Source: Candidatus Latescibacterota bacterium (GTDB lineage Bacteria > Latescibacterota > CBDEFO01). From it: a stretch of 64,000 nt of DNA. Where the stretch lies: the NCBI GenBank assembly GCA_965248755.1, contig OZ252149.1, positions 4,192,001 to 4,256,000 on the forward strand. The letters run 5' to 3'. The position numbers and the translations under genes are program-made. This document shows, piece after piece, positions 1-9,512 of this stretch (positions are counted from its first letter, which is position 1; each line of letters starts with the position of its first letter). Under the pieces are notes generated by a model that saw only the letters and a list, made by a program, of their open reading frames with translations, searched no databases and was not told where the DNA came from.

Positions 1-2155
1 CGGGTTTATATGGACTCCCCCAACAGAAGTTATCCAGAAGGGCTGTATGCTCTAAAGTCCCTCCGACCGATATTACTTGTCTTAGTGCCTCGTCAATGGC
101 GGATGCCGCCATGTGATAGGGGTCTATCTTCCCATATTTGGGATTGAGACCGACAGATAGAACGATGCCCTTTGTAGAATTCATGACTGGCCTTGTGACA
201 GAGGCATCTCCCGGCCCGTCGTTCCTTACGCCCTGAAGAGGTTTAAGCACGCTGCCCCCCTGAACCTCGTGGTCGTACTGTCTTATCACCCATTCTTTGC
301 TGCATACGTTGGGAGATGACAATATGGACTTCAGAATAGGGGTCAGATCCCCTGGATCGGAGAAATCTGGCTCTTCGAAATAGGGCTTATCCCAGGTCGC
401 CTTCAGATTCAATCTTGGGAGGCCGTTGTGCAGAAAATTCATATCCAGGTCGCATACGACATTTCCCTCATAGCGCAGCTTGAGCCTCTTGTCGCCCGTA
501 AATTTCCCTATGACCGTTGCCTCCACGTCCTCCTGGGCGCAGAGCTGTATCAGTTCTTGCACATGTTGAGGAGGCGCAGCTAATATCATCCGCTCCTGAG
601 ACTCCGAGATCCATATCTCCGTGTAGCTGAGACCCTCGTATTTGAGCGGGACTCTATCCAGATCTACCTCGGCCCCTATTTCCACCCCCATCTCGCCGAC
701 CGCAGAGGAGAGTCCACCTCCTCCGCAGTCAGTGATCGAACTGTAAAGATCTAGGTCCCTGGCTTCCAGAATCACATCCACCATCTTCTTTTCGGTTATG
801 GCGTTTCCGATCTGAACGACCCCGCTGGAGAGACTTGCCGTCAGGGCATCTGAGGAGAACGTGACGCCGTGAATCCCGTCTCTCCCCGTGCGCCCCCCGA
901 CCAGAACGATATAGTCTCCATCTTTGAGATGTTTGAACGACTTGTCCACCGGGAGGATGCCCACATTTCCGCAATAGACCAGTGGATTTCCTGTGTAGCC
1001 CTCGTCAAAATATATAGAGCCGTTGACAGTCGGAATGCCCATTCTGTTGCCGTAATCTCCCACGCCCGCTACGACGCCCTTGAAGACCCTTTTGGGATGA
1101 AGACATCCGGACGGGAGCTTATCGTTCGGCAGATCCAGCGGGCCGAAGCAGAAGACGTCCGTGTTTATGATGGGCTTTGCCCCCAGCCCGGTGCCGAGTG
1201 GATCCCTTATCGCTCCCCCCATTCCCGTCCCGGCCCCTCCGTAGGGCTCTAAAGCCGACGGATGATTGTGAGTCTCAACCTTGAAACACAGGTTGTAGTT
1301 TTCATCGAATTTGACGATCCCGGCGTTGTCCTCGAAGACCGAAACGCACCAGTCCTTATCGAGCTCCTCAGTGACCTTCATTATAGTGCTCTTGAGAAGA
1401 TTATGGATCTTTTCTCCATCGTACTCTATAACGCCCTTGAACGTCTTATGCACACAGTGCTCCGACCACGTCTGAGCTACGGTCTCAAGTTCAGCATCCG
1501 TAGGATTCCTGCCTAAATATGTAAAGTGCTCCCTTATCGCCCGCATCTCGTCCAGGTTTAAAGAGAGCTGCCCCCTACGACTGATCTCATTTAGATTGTC
1601 GTCGTGCGCGCCCAATACCTGGACATAGACCAGCTCGAATTTGTAGCAGGGAGGATCAACAAAGGGAGACTCATGACTTACGGCTTGGTGCTGTATAATA
1701 TCGTTCAGGAGCAGATTGTCCCTGATGGTTGTCAACTGGGAATCTGTGATTTCCCCCCTGATGACGTATCTCACGGCCGTCTTAAGGGCCGAAACTCCCC
1801 CGACTCCGAGGTCCTCTATACCCCTTTTAACACTCACCTCTACAGGGTCCATTACCCCGGGGTTGTACGCCACCTCCACAGTGCGGATATCCGGGCTAGA
1901 TCCGTCCAATCTACAAGTCTCGTCTGATTCTTGGGGTATGCTGATGGAGTAATCCTCGGTCACACTGTCCCTCAGTAGTCTTTGGGAGATGAGGACGACA
2001 TCCTCTTTTGATATTTCCCCCTGGATATAATATACTTGCGATGTCGAGCAAGATGTGATAGCAAGAATGCCGAGATCCTCTATTCCCTTCTTTATACCTT
2101 CACCCTGGGAATCGAAAAAGCCCGGCCTTATGCTGACTTCAACTCTCCATAGCAT
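1..2155 (-). CDS. purL: Phosphoribosylformylglycinamidine synthase subunit PurL with N-terminal PurS-like domains (3' end outside window)
   Basis: Manual minus-strand translation: MLWRVEVSIRPGFFDSQGE..., ETVAQTWSEHCVHKTF, FKVETHNHPSALEPYGGAGTGMGGAIRD, DCGGGGLSSA. Missing from the ORF track because its stop is outside the window. Confidence 0.95.
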   Translation of the reverse strand, partial: MLWRVEVSIRPGFFDSQGEGIKKGIEDLGILAITSCSTSQVYYIQGEISKEDVVLISQRLLRDSVTEDYSISIPQESDETCRLDGSSPDIRTVEVAYNPGVMDPVEVSVKRGIEDLGVGGVSALKTAVRYVIRGEITDSQLTTIRDNLLLNDIIQHQAVSHESPFVDPPCYKFELVYVQVLGAHDDNLNEISRRGQLSLNLDEMRAIREHFTYLGRNPTDAELETVAQTWSEHCVHKTFKGVIEYDGEKIHNLLKSTIMKVTEELDKDWCVSVFEDNAGIVKFDENYNLCFKVETHNHPSALEPYGGAGTGMGGAIRDPLGTGLGAKPIINTDVFCFGPLDLPNDKLPSGCLHPKRVFKGVVAGVGDYGNRMGIPTVNGSIYFDEGYTGNPLVYCGNVGILPVDKSFKHLKDGDYIVLVGGRTGRDGIHGVTFSSDALTASLSSGVVQIGNAITEKKMVDVILEARDLDLYSSITDCGGGGLSSAVGEMGVEIGAEVDLDRVPLKYEGLSYTEIWISESQERMILAAPPQHVQELIQLCAQEDVEATVIGKFTGDKRLKLRYEGNVVCDLDMNFLHNGLPRLNLKATWDKPYFEEPDFSDPGDLTPILKSILSSPNVCSKEWVIRQYDHEVQGGSVLKPLQGVRNDGPGDASVTRPVMNSTKGIVLSVGLNPKYGKIDPYHMAASAIDEALRQVISVGGTLEHTALLDNFCWGSPYKP

Positions 2156-2372
2156 TTGTGTTGCGCCTCCGACGCTCACTCGTCAGTTGTCTGTTGTCTG
2201 GTTGAAAGCAAGTTCATAGTCAAATTACGAGGTCTTTACCCCCCCCACTTTGCGGTTCGCTGCCTCTGCTCCAGAACATCGGCCGCGCCGCCTGGGGACT
2301 TTCAAAGTAAATAAATCTGTGGAAAAAAGCAAGCGGCATTTGCGCCGATTCTGTGTTTGTCTGATTTACCCG

Positions 2373-2423
2373 TGTAGGGGCGAGGTTCCCTCGTTCCAAG
2401 GGCTGGGTTACCCAGCCCCTACA
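2373..2423. repeat. GTAG-type REP-like palindrome (TGTAGGGGCG...GCCCCTACA)
   Basis: Terminal inverted repeat TGTAGGGGC/GCCCCTACA with internal hairpins; related copies near 48322, 49577 and 49841. Confidence 0.7.
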
Positions 2424-2575
2424 TTATGCTTATTTGCCTCCATGCATAGATAGTCCTTGACGCCACAGAATTTTTGATGTTAATTTTAGATAAGAGGAGA
2501 AGAAGTAACCAGGGGTGATGTCTTGGCCTTTTGAGAGGGGCATCTAAGAACTTCTTGGAGAAACGGAGGATTGTG

Positions 2576-3805
2576 ATGTCTAGTATCGTAGTGCCTAACG
2601 ACGGAACGAAGATCCAGGTCGAGAACGGGAAGTTGAACGTGCCTTCCAATCCTATTATACCGTTCATTGAGGGTGACGGAACAGGCCCCGATATATGGAA
2701 AGCGTCCGTGGGGGTCTTCGACAGCGCTGTGGAGAAGGCATATTCGGGGAAGAGAAGGATCCACTGGATGGAGGTCTACGCAGGAGAGAGGTCTTACAGG
2801 CTGACAGAAGAGTGGCTGCCCGTGAAGACTGTGAATGCGTTCAGGGACTTTATAGTCGGGATCAAAGGACCACTTACGACGCCTGTGGGGGGAGGCATAA
2901 GGAGCCTGAACGTGGCGCTGAGACAGACCCTGGACCTTTACGTTTGTCTCCGCCCTGTAAAGTGGTTTAAAGGAGTCCCGAGCCCCGTGCGGCACCCCGA
3001 GAAGGTGGATATGGTGGTATTTAGAGAGAACACAGAGGATGTCTACGCAGGATTGGAACTTAAAGAAGGGACAGAAGAGGTAAAGAAGCTTATATCATAT
3101 CTTGAAAAGGAGTTCTGCTGGAAGATAAGGCCCGATTCAGGAGTCGGCATAAAACCTATATCTGAGTTCGGGAGCAAGCGGCTTATCAGGGCTGCGATCA
3201 AGTACGCCATAGAGAACAACAGAAAGAGCGTTACCTTGGTGCATAAGGGCAACATTCAAAAGTTCACCGAGGGGGCTTTCAGGGCGTGGGGCTACCAACT
3301 TGCTACAGAAGAGTTCAAGGATTCTGTCGTAAGTTGGGATGAGTGCAAAGGGGAAGTCCCAGAAGGGAAGATACTGATAAAAGACGCCATGGCCGACATA
3401 TCCTTCCAGCAGATACTCACAAGACCCGACGATTTCGATGTAATCGCAACGATGAACTTGAACGGCGATTATATCTCCGACGCCTTAGCCGCTCAGGTAG
3501 GTGGGATAGGCATCGCCCCGGGGGGTAACATTAATTACGACACGGGACACGCCATCTTTGAAGCCACGCACGGCACGGCTCCTAAATACGCCAATCAGGA
3601 TAAGGTAAACCCCGGATCTGTCATTCTGTCAGGAGTCCTCATGCTCAGACACATCGGATGGCCCGAAGCGGCGGATCTTATAATCGGTGCATTGGAAAGG
3701 ACTATATCTCAGAAGATTGTGACCTACGACTTTGCCCGATTGACACAGGGAGCCAAAGAGGTCAAATGCTCCGAGTTCGGGAAGGCCATAGTTGAGAATA
3801 TGTAA
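2576..3805 (+). CDS. icd: NADP-dependent isocitrate dehydrogenase
   Basis: [56 protein letters not shown] before ATG 2576. Confidence 0.97.
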   Translation: MSSIVVPNDGTKIQVENGKLNVPSNPIIPFIEGDGTGPDIWKASVGVFDSAVEKAYSGKRRIHWMEVYAGERSYRLTEEWLPVKTVNAFRDFIVGIKGPLTTPVGGGIRSLNVALRQTLDLYVCLRPVKWFKGVPSPVRHPEKVDMVVFRENTEDVYAGLELKEGTEEVKKLISYLEKEFCWKIRPDSGVGIKPISEFGSKRLIRAAIKYAIENNRKSVTLVHKGNIQKFTEGAFRAWGYQLATEEFKDSVVSWDECKGEVPEGKILIKDAMADISFQQILTRPDDFDVIATMNLNGDYISDALAAQVGGIGIAPGGNINYDTGHAIFEATHGTAPKYANQDKVNPGSVILSGVLMLRHIGWPEAADLIIGALERTISQKIVTYDFARLTQGAKEVKCSEFGKAIVENM

Positions 3806-4061
3806 ATAGATAACTTGCAAGAGAACGGAGCAGGTTTATGTTTATGGGCACGAATCGGTTGTATTTTCGAGCCTGATTCTTTATATTTGCATATCGGGAG
3901 TTTCAGCTCAAAGATTTTCAAGGCGCCCAGTTATTGTATCAAAAATAGTTTCGACGACACAATTGAGAGTGCTTCGGGGATCTATCCCTGGCTTGACTGC
4001 AGGCAAAAGCAAGAAATCTAAAATACTTCGCTACTTGTATCTTCTCCTGGGTATCCAGGCA

Positions 4062-5234
4062 ATGCGGAAGAATTTAAAACATAAGGCAACAGAGCTTCTT
4101 GACGGAAAGTGGCACGATAGAGGTAAGCAGGTGCGTCACATCTGGGAGGAGTTCTACGAGGACGGCGGCTTTATGGAGGCGGCCGCTCTGTCTTTCACTA
4201 CTGTTTTGGCATTGGTGCCTGTGACCGCTATAAGCCTTGCCATTTTAGCTACTTTCTCAGGAAGTGAAGACGCGGCCGGGATAGGAGATACGATCAGGAA
4301 ATTCCTCTCCGCACACCTGGTTCCTGACTCCAGGGAAATGGTGATAGATCGTATAACTAATTTTGCCGAAAAGGCGCGGACCATCAGCTTTGTGGGATGG
4401 GTGATATTGATATTGATCTCCCTTTTTGTGTTCAACGCCATAGAAAGCTCGTTCAATCAAATATGGAAGGTCAAAAACAGAAGACCGTTGGTGGCAAGGT
4501 TTATATCTTTCTGGAGCCTCATAACTCTGGGCCCCATACTTTTAGGAATATCTATTTATCTTTCTACAAATTTGAAGGATATGCCAATCATCAGCGGCTT
4601 GATGAATATATCGGTGGTAAGCGAAATAATCTTCTACCTCCTCCCGTTTCTGTTTACGTGGACGGCTCTGATATTAGGATATATACTGCTCCCGAACACT
4701 CATGTCAAGATGAAGACCGCGCTCGTTGGAGGTATCGTCGCCGGTACTATGTGGGAGCTTGGCAAGTTGGGGTTCGACTGGTATGCATCGACCATGGTCG
4801 AAACACATAAGGTCTACGGCTCGCTGAGCATCATGCCGGCATTTTTGGCGTGGATATATTTTACGTGGGTCGTTATCCTGTGGGGTGTACAGACCTGCTA
4901 TGTGATTCAGAACCCCGATCCTTTAGAGGCGATCAGGAGCCGCCGCGATGAATCCTTTTCAGATGAAGTCTGCCTTGCTGTCAGACTGGTGATGGCTATA
5001 GGAGAAAGCTTCCTTGACGGTAAGGGAACTTTAAGCGTAGGTGAGCTTTCAGAAAAAATAGGAGAGGATAAAGATAGAGTGGGAAAGGTTCTATCTAAAT
5101 TAGAACAAAATGACATCCTCTATAGAGCCGACGGAACGGACGGTTCAGTAGATTATCTACCCCAAAGATGGGTGGAAAGGACGACTGTAAGGGAGATCAT
5201 AAAGATGATAAGCAAGATAGAAAGTGGAACTTAA
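4062..5234 (+). CDS. YihY/BrkB family inner membrane protein with C-terminal winged-helix-like region
   Basis: AAALSFTTVLALVP, IESSFNQIW, FISFWSLITLGP, YGSLSIMPAFLAWIY; several TM segments; start uncertain (3963 or 4062). Confidence 0.88.
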   Translation: MRKNLKHKATELLDGKWHDRGKQVRHIWEEFYEDGGFMEAAALSFTTVLALVPVTAISLAILATFSGSEDAAGIGDTIRKFLSAHLVPDSREMVIDRITNFAEKARTISFVGWVILILISLFVFNAIESSFNQIWKVKNRRPLVARFISFWSLITLGPILLGISIYLSTNLKDMPIISGLMNISVVSEIIFYLLPFLFTWTALILGYILLPNTHVKMKTALVGGIVAGTMWELGKLGFDWYASTMVETHKVYGSLSIMPAFLAWIYFTWVVILWGVQTCYVIQNPDPLEAIRSRRDESFSDEVCLAVRLVMAIGESFLDGKGTLSVGELSEKIGEDKDRVGKVLSKLEQNDILYRADGTDGSVDYLPQRWVERTTVREIIKMISKIESGT

Positions 5235-5390
5235 ACGCAGCTACGGGAGTCATTCTCAAAAGGTGGACTTTGTGGCTGATCGATAAGCTGCCAGAGGAGG
5301 TGCCAAACCGCAGAATCTGGACAGAGATGGCGTTGAATAAGTGTAAGAGATTCTAAACCATATTTTATTGTAAGGAGGAGTAATCTTAAG

Positions 5391-6911
5391 ATGCACGACT
5401 TTAAAAGACCACTTCTTATGGCTTCCGCATTTGTCGTCATCGGAGTATTAATCGGGATTCTCCTATCTGCAAATTTCGGGATAACCCAAAAGGGCGTGGC
5501 CTTAGATAAACCTGATAAGGTAGAGTTAGGATCCAATGAAGAAATACCTGAAGACATATTAAACGCCAAGAATATTAGCGAAGCCTCCATAGCTATCTCG
5601 AAGGAGGTCAGACCAGCAGTTGTGAGCATAGCGATCTCCGAGACGATAAGGCGGCGCGGCAGTGGTTCAACACCTCGAAGGCCTTTCCATGAATATTTCC
5701 CCTTCTTCGGTGAGCCGCCTGAGGAGTATAAGAGAAGTGGACTCGGTTCGGGCGTCATAGTCAGCAAAGAGGGATATATCCTGACCAATAATCATGTGGT
5801 CAAAGACGCAGATAAGATTCTAGTGACCCTTATAGATAAGAGGGAGTTCAAGGCAAAGGTCATCGGCCGCGACGAACTGACCGAGGTAGCGGTGGTCAAG
5901 ATAGAGCCGGACGATCTTCCGGTGGCAAGGCTGGGGGATTCGGAGAAGATCCAGATCGGCGAATGGGTTCTGGCCATCGGGAACCCAATGGCGCTGACTT
6001 CGACAGTCACAGGAGGAGTCATAAGTGCCCTGGGGAGGGATGTAGAGATCATTGAGCAACCCTACGGCATCGAGAATTTTATACAGACCGACGCTGTTAT
6101 AAATCCGGGAAACTCCGGAGGGCCGTTGGTGAATATGAGGGGCGAGGTCATAGGCATCAATACCGCTATCCAGACGGAACGATCTCTTCGCACTTACATC
6201 GGCTACGGTTTCGCTATCCCTATTAACCTGGCCAAGAAAGTCATGGAGGACCTCATAACCCATGGCAGGGTTGTCAGGGGCTTTTTAGGGATTTCAATGA
6301 CACGAATAGATGAGGCCATAGCGAAGGGATTCGGACTGGAAAGGCCTATGGGGGTCTTAATAAATGAAGTTTTCCCGGGAAGCCCTGCTGATAGAGCTGG
6401 ATTGAAGGCGGAGGATATTTTGATTGAGATAGACGGTCAAAGGGTAGATCGTCCCAACCAGATTCAGGATATAGTCGCAAGGAAGAGACCGGGCGATAGG
6501 ATCAAGACTAAGATTATCAGGGATGCGGACGAAAAGACGGTAGAGGTCGTCCTGGGGGAAAGGGAGGACTTTGCGGACGTGCTTGCATCCAAAGAAGGAG
6601 CACAGATAAAGGATTTAGGGCTTTCTGTCCGAGATATCACAAGAGAGGACGCCCAACGATACAGATACGAAGGAGAGGAGGGCGTGATCGTAAATGACGT
6701 AGCAAGGTACAGTCCTGCCCATGAAGGGGAAATAAGTAGAGGGGACATTATCCTGGAGATAGGTGTCGGAAAGAACAAGGACAAGATAAAGTCGGTGAGG
6801 GATTTTGAGAAGGCTTTGGAAAAACGTAATGACGATGAAGTTATAGTGTTCCGAATCTTAAGAGATGGAAGAAAGATGTTTAAGACAGTCGAACTTCCAC
6901 AGGAGGAATAA
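5391..6911 (+). CDS. degP: Do/DegP/DegQ family periplasmic serine protease with two PDZ domains
   Basis: GSGVIV, ILTNNHVV, IQTDAVINPGNSGGPLVN; N-terminal anchor; two PDZ domains; AAGGAGGAG RBS. Confidence 0.93.
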   Translation: MHDFKRPLLMASAFVVIGVLIGILLSANFGITQKGVALDKPDKVELGSNEEIPEDILNAKNISEASIAISKEVRPAVVSIAISETIRRRGSGSTPRRPFHEYFPFFGEPPEEYKRSGLGSGVIVSKEGYILTNNHVVKDADKILVTLIDKREFKAKVIGRDELTEVAVVKIEPDDLPVARLGDSEKIQIGEWVLAIGNPMALTSTVTGGVISALGRDVEIIEQPYGIENFIQTDAVINPGNSGGPLVNMRGEVIGINTAIQTERSLRTYIGYGFAIPINLAKKVMEDLITHGRVVRGFLGISMTRIDEAIAKGFGLERPMGVLINEVFPGSPADRAGLKAEDILIEIDGQRVDRPNQIQDIVARKRPGDRIKTKIIRDADEKTVEVVLGEREDFADVLASKEGAQIKDLGLSVRDITREDAQRYRYEGEEGVIVNDVARYSPAHEGEISRGDIILEIGVGKNKDKIKSVRDFEKALEKRNDDEVIVFRILRDGRKMFKTVELPQEE

Positions 6912-6929
6912 GAGACCCGTAGAGAAAAG

Positions 6930-7007
6930 TGGCGGGGTAGACGGGACTCGAACCCGCGACCTACGGCGTGACAGGCCGTCACTCTAACCAAACTGAGCTA
7001 CTACCCC
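6930..7007 (-). tRNA. tRNA-Asp (GTC)
   Basis: Cloverleaf GGGGTAG-TA-GCTCAGTTTGGTTAGAGT-G-ACGGC-CTGTCAC-GCCGT-AGGTC-GCGGG-TTCGAGT-CCCGT-CTACCCC-G-CCA. Confidence 0.98.
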
Positions 7008-7017
7008 GCGCGATGAA

Positions 7018-7046
7018 AATATAACATATAAAACCAAGATTGTCAA
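7018..7046 (-). promoter_or_regulatory. sigma70-type promoter of tRNA-Asp
   Basis: TTGACA-17 nt-TATATT directly upstream of the tRNA. Confidence 0.75.
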
Positions 7047-7222
7047 CCTAAAAATTAGTAACGAACTCTTGCCATCTTTCCTTCCAAACTATCCATATTA
7101 CGGCTCTTTCTTTGGATAAACAACCGAAAGATAAGCGATAAGCTGTCATCTGGGTTTAGGTGTAGAGCTTCCTTCCCGATCCGCAAAAATCCGATCAGCA
7201 ACGCCTCCTCGTAAGTTCCACT

Positions 7223-7411
7223 TCACTCCATGTCGGAAAGGCGCACTCCTCCGACTGCCCAATGTTCCTTCGGGAGTTCCTCGATAGCGATGATCACGGC
7301 CTCAGGCTTGGCGTTGCATATTTCCACCAAATCCTTTGTTATAGCTGCCACAAGCCTTTTCTTCTGTTCATCTGTGCGTCCCCCTAACATCTTAACATTT
7401 ACGTAAGGCAT
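7223..7411 (-). CDS. 4-oxalocrotonate tautomerase family protein
   Basis: M-PYVNVKMLGGRTDEQKKRLV...WAVGG (catalytic Pro1); AAGGAG RBS 6 nt before ATG 7411. Confidence 0.92.
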   Translation of the reverse strand: MPYVNVKMLGGRTDEQKKRLVAAITKDLVEICNAKPEAVIIAIEELPKEHWAVGGVRLSDME

Positions 7412-7623
7412 TTCCATCTCCTTTCCAGTCAGGTGTAAACTAGTAAAATATAATTTAGATTAACGACTTTGAACGTCTCCCGAAGCAGGGCCTTACGCCC
7501 CGGAAAATGAATGTAGACACTGACAAGGGATTCCGGATCTCCTGCTGAGTATATAAGACACGTTTCTTGAGTTTCCTCCCTAATATTATGGTCCGGTTTG
7601 AAGTGGAATATCCTGTCCAAGTA

Positions 7624-8616
7624 TCATCCCTGTACCCTTTCCCACTTCCATATCTTGACCCACCCCTCAGCTGTATTACGCCCCAAGCGGGGATGAAATA
7701 GCTGTAACTGGTAGAGATTACCATCTCCATCTGTGACAAAATCATCTCCACTATTTGGTCTGGGTTGGGTTTTCTTAGGACAATCAGGAACTTTCCCAAG
7801 GTATTGCCTATCACTACTATAAAATTCCATACTTCTCTTTCGATCATCAAGTGCAACAACAAATGAATTTCCTTGTACATCAATTGCGGATACTGTTCCA
7901 TGTCCCGATCCCTGCTTGTTTAATGTTACTTGCAGTCCTGATATGCCTTTTTGAGGGATTTGCGTATATCGCTCGAACGCCCCCCAAGGGTCTCCACTTT
8001 CCGGATTATATTGTATCAAGATGTAATCTGAAAAGGCTGAGGTATGTATTCGGTAAACACTCTCCCTTGATAGCACAGTCCTGCCTTCCCTGTTAAGAAA
8101 TAAAGCACCTCTACCTAAGATGGATATATCCCCTTTAGAATTCACGCGCAGGGAAAGTTCAGTACCGCTTCCAAACTCTACCTGAAAGTGGCTCACAAAC
8201 TTGGCTTGATTGTCTAATTTCCAGCCTCTCAAACCCCGCTTGTGGTCTGTCAATACATAAATATTATCCTGACTATCTACCTCTAAACTTGGCCCTACTT
8301 GTATCCACGATCCATTTTCAGGAGGCCTCCAGGAAAGTATGAAACTGCCATCCTTGTTAAATTTCTGTATCCGACGATTCACATCGTCTTGAATCCAGAA
8401 GTTACCTTTGGAGTCAATAGTGAAATCAGATGGGTACCGCGGCTCACCTTCTGGCTTTGGATTACGTCGTCCAAACTCTCCTGGATTAGCCCCTTCTGGA
8501 GCGGAGAGAACAAGCTTTGGTTTATTAAAGAGGCTCTGGGCTTTTGCCGAGACAATGCAACAGGCCAAGAACGCTGCTGTCACTACTATGGGAATCGAGC
8601 AAATCTTGCGCTTCAT
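7624..8616 (-). CDS. Secreted NHL-repeat/beta-propeller-like protein
   Basis: Signal peptide (..SAKA-Q); PSDFTIDSKGNFWIQDDVNRRIQKFNKDG, EVDSQDNIYV, TDGDGNLY. Confidence 0.7.
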   Translation of the reverse strand: MKRKICSIPIVVTAAFLACCIVSAKAQSLFNKPKLVLSAPEGANPGEFGRRNPKPEGEPRYPSDFTIDSKGNFWIQDDVNRRIQKFNKDGSFILSWRPPENGSWIQVGPSLEVDSQDNIYVLTDHKRGLRGWKLDNQAKFVSHFQVEFGSGTELSLRVNSKGDISILGRGALFLNREGRTVLSRESVYRIHTSAFSDYILIQYNPESGDPWGAFERYTQIPQKGISGLQVTLNKQGSGHGTVSAIDVQGNSFVVALDDRKRSMEFYSSDRQYLGKVPDCPKKTQPRPNSGDDFVTDGDGNLYQLQLFHPRLGRNTAEGWVKIWKWERVQG

Positions 8617-8675
8617 CTTCAGAACGCCTTGTTCATAAACTGAGAGGTTAATTTGAGTCAGTAGTGCTATCGGGA

Positions 8676-9479
8676 TTACAACTCCATAACCACGCCGCCG
8701 TCTATGTGCATGGTCTGTCCGGTTATGTTCTTAGAGTCTTCAGAGCTGAAAAAGACTACGCCTTTCCCAATGTCTTCCGGGGTCTGCTCTCTATTTAGCG
8801 GTACGGCGTTTGTGACCCATTTGTCGAACGACTCTCTTGCGCTGAGTCCTTGAAGTTCAGGATATGTCTCTGCCATAAGAGGAGCGAGTCTCTCCCAGAA
8901 GGGCGTCCATATTATCCCCGGACAGATGACGTTGACGTTGATATTATGGGGTGCAAGGCCTTTGGCCAAAACTTTGGTAAAGCTAAGAAGCGCGGCCTTG
9001 GTTGCGCAGTAGGGTGCCAACATAGGGGGATTTCTCTTGGAAGCGATGGAGCTTATGTTGACTATCTTGCCGCTTTTCTGTTCTATCATGTGAGGAGTAA
9101 CGGCTCTTGTGACGATAAAAGGGGCTTTCATGTTTATGGAGTAATTGAAATCCCAGTTTTCCTCATCGTCTTCGGTGAATGGCATTCCGAGGTTGTGCCC
9201 CCAAGCCCCGGCGTTGTTTACGAGTATGTCGACACCTCCAAATTACTTTACGACCCGGGATACCATGTTTTCCACGTCTTCTCTTTTTGTGACATCTGTC
9301 TTGATTATCATGACTCGGCGGTTCAGGGCCTTTACCTCATCGGCTGTCTTTTGGGCGCTCTCCGTGTCGAGGTCGGCTATTGCTATGTCCGCCCCGTCAC
9401 CTGCGAGGCACAGGACTATCCCTCGCCCTATGCCGCGTCCTCCTCCTGTGACGATGGCTCTTTTGTTCTCAAGTTTCAT
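8676..9479 (-). pseudogene. SDR family oxidoreductase interrupted by in-frame TAA at 9243-9245
   Basis: TGGGRGIG...RVVK*FGGVDILVNNAG...YCATK...GQTMHIDGG; both ORF pieces share one frame. Confidence 0.85.
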
Positions 9480-9512
9480 AGGTTTTTCCTTTCTTCTGAC
9501 GCTTTGATGGAT

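Noticed and set aside
729..1952. ORF-track entries over purL, and similar shadow ORFs elsewhere (e.g. 8850..9668, 40965..41933, 50416..51075)
   Set aside because: Antisense or alternative-frame shadows of well-supported genes, with no recognisable motifs.
2280..2300. ZTP (pfl) riboswitch suggested by GCCG..CGCCTGGG
   Set aside because: Wrong strand for purL, and the 5' half of the aptamer is absent.
6930..7007. tRNA-Asp as the island integration site
   Set aside because: Its 3' end faces the core gene degP, and no duplicated 3' fragment was seen.
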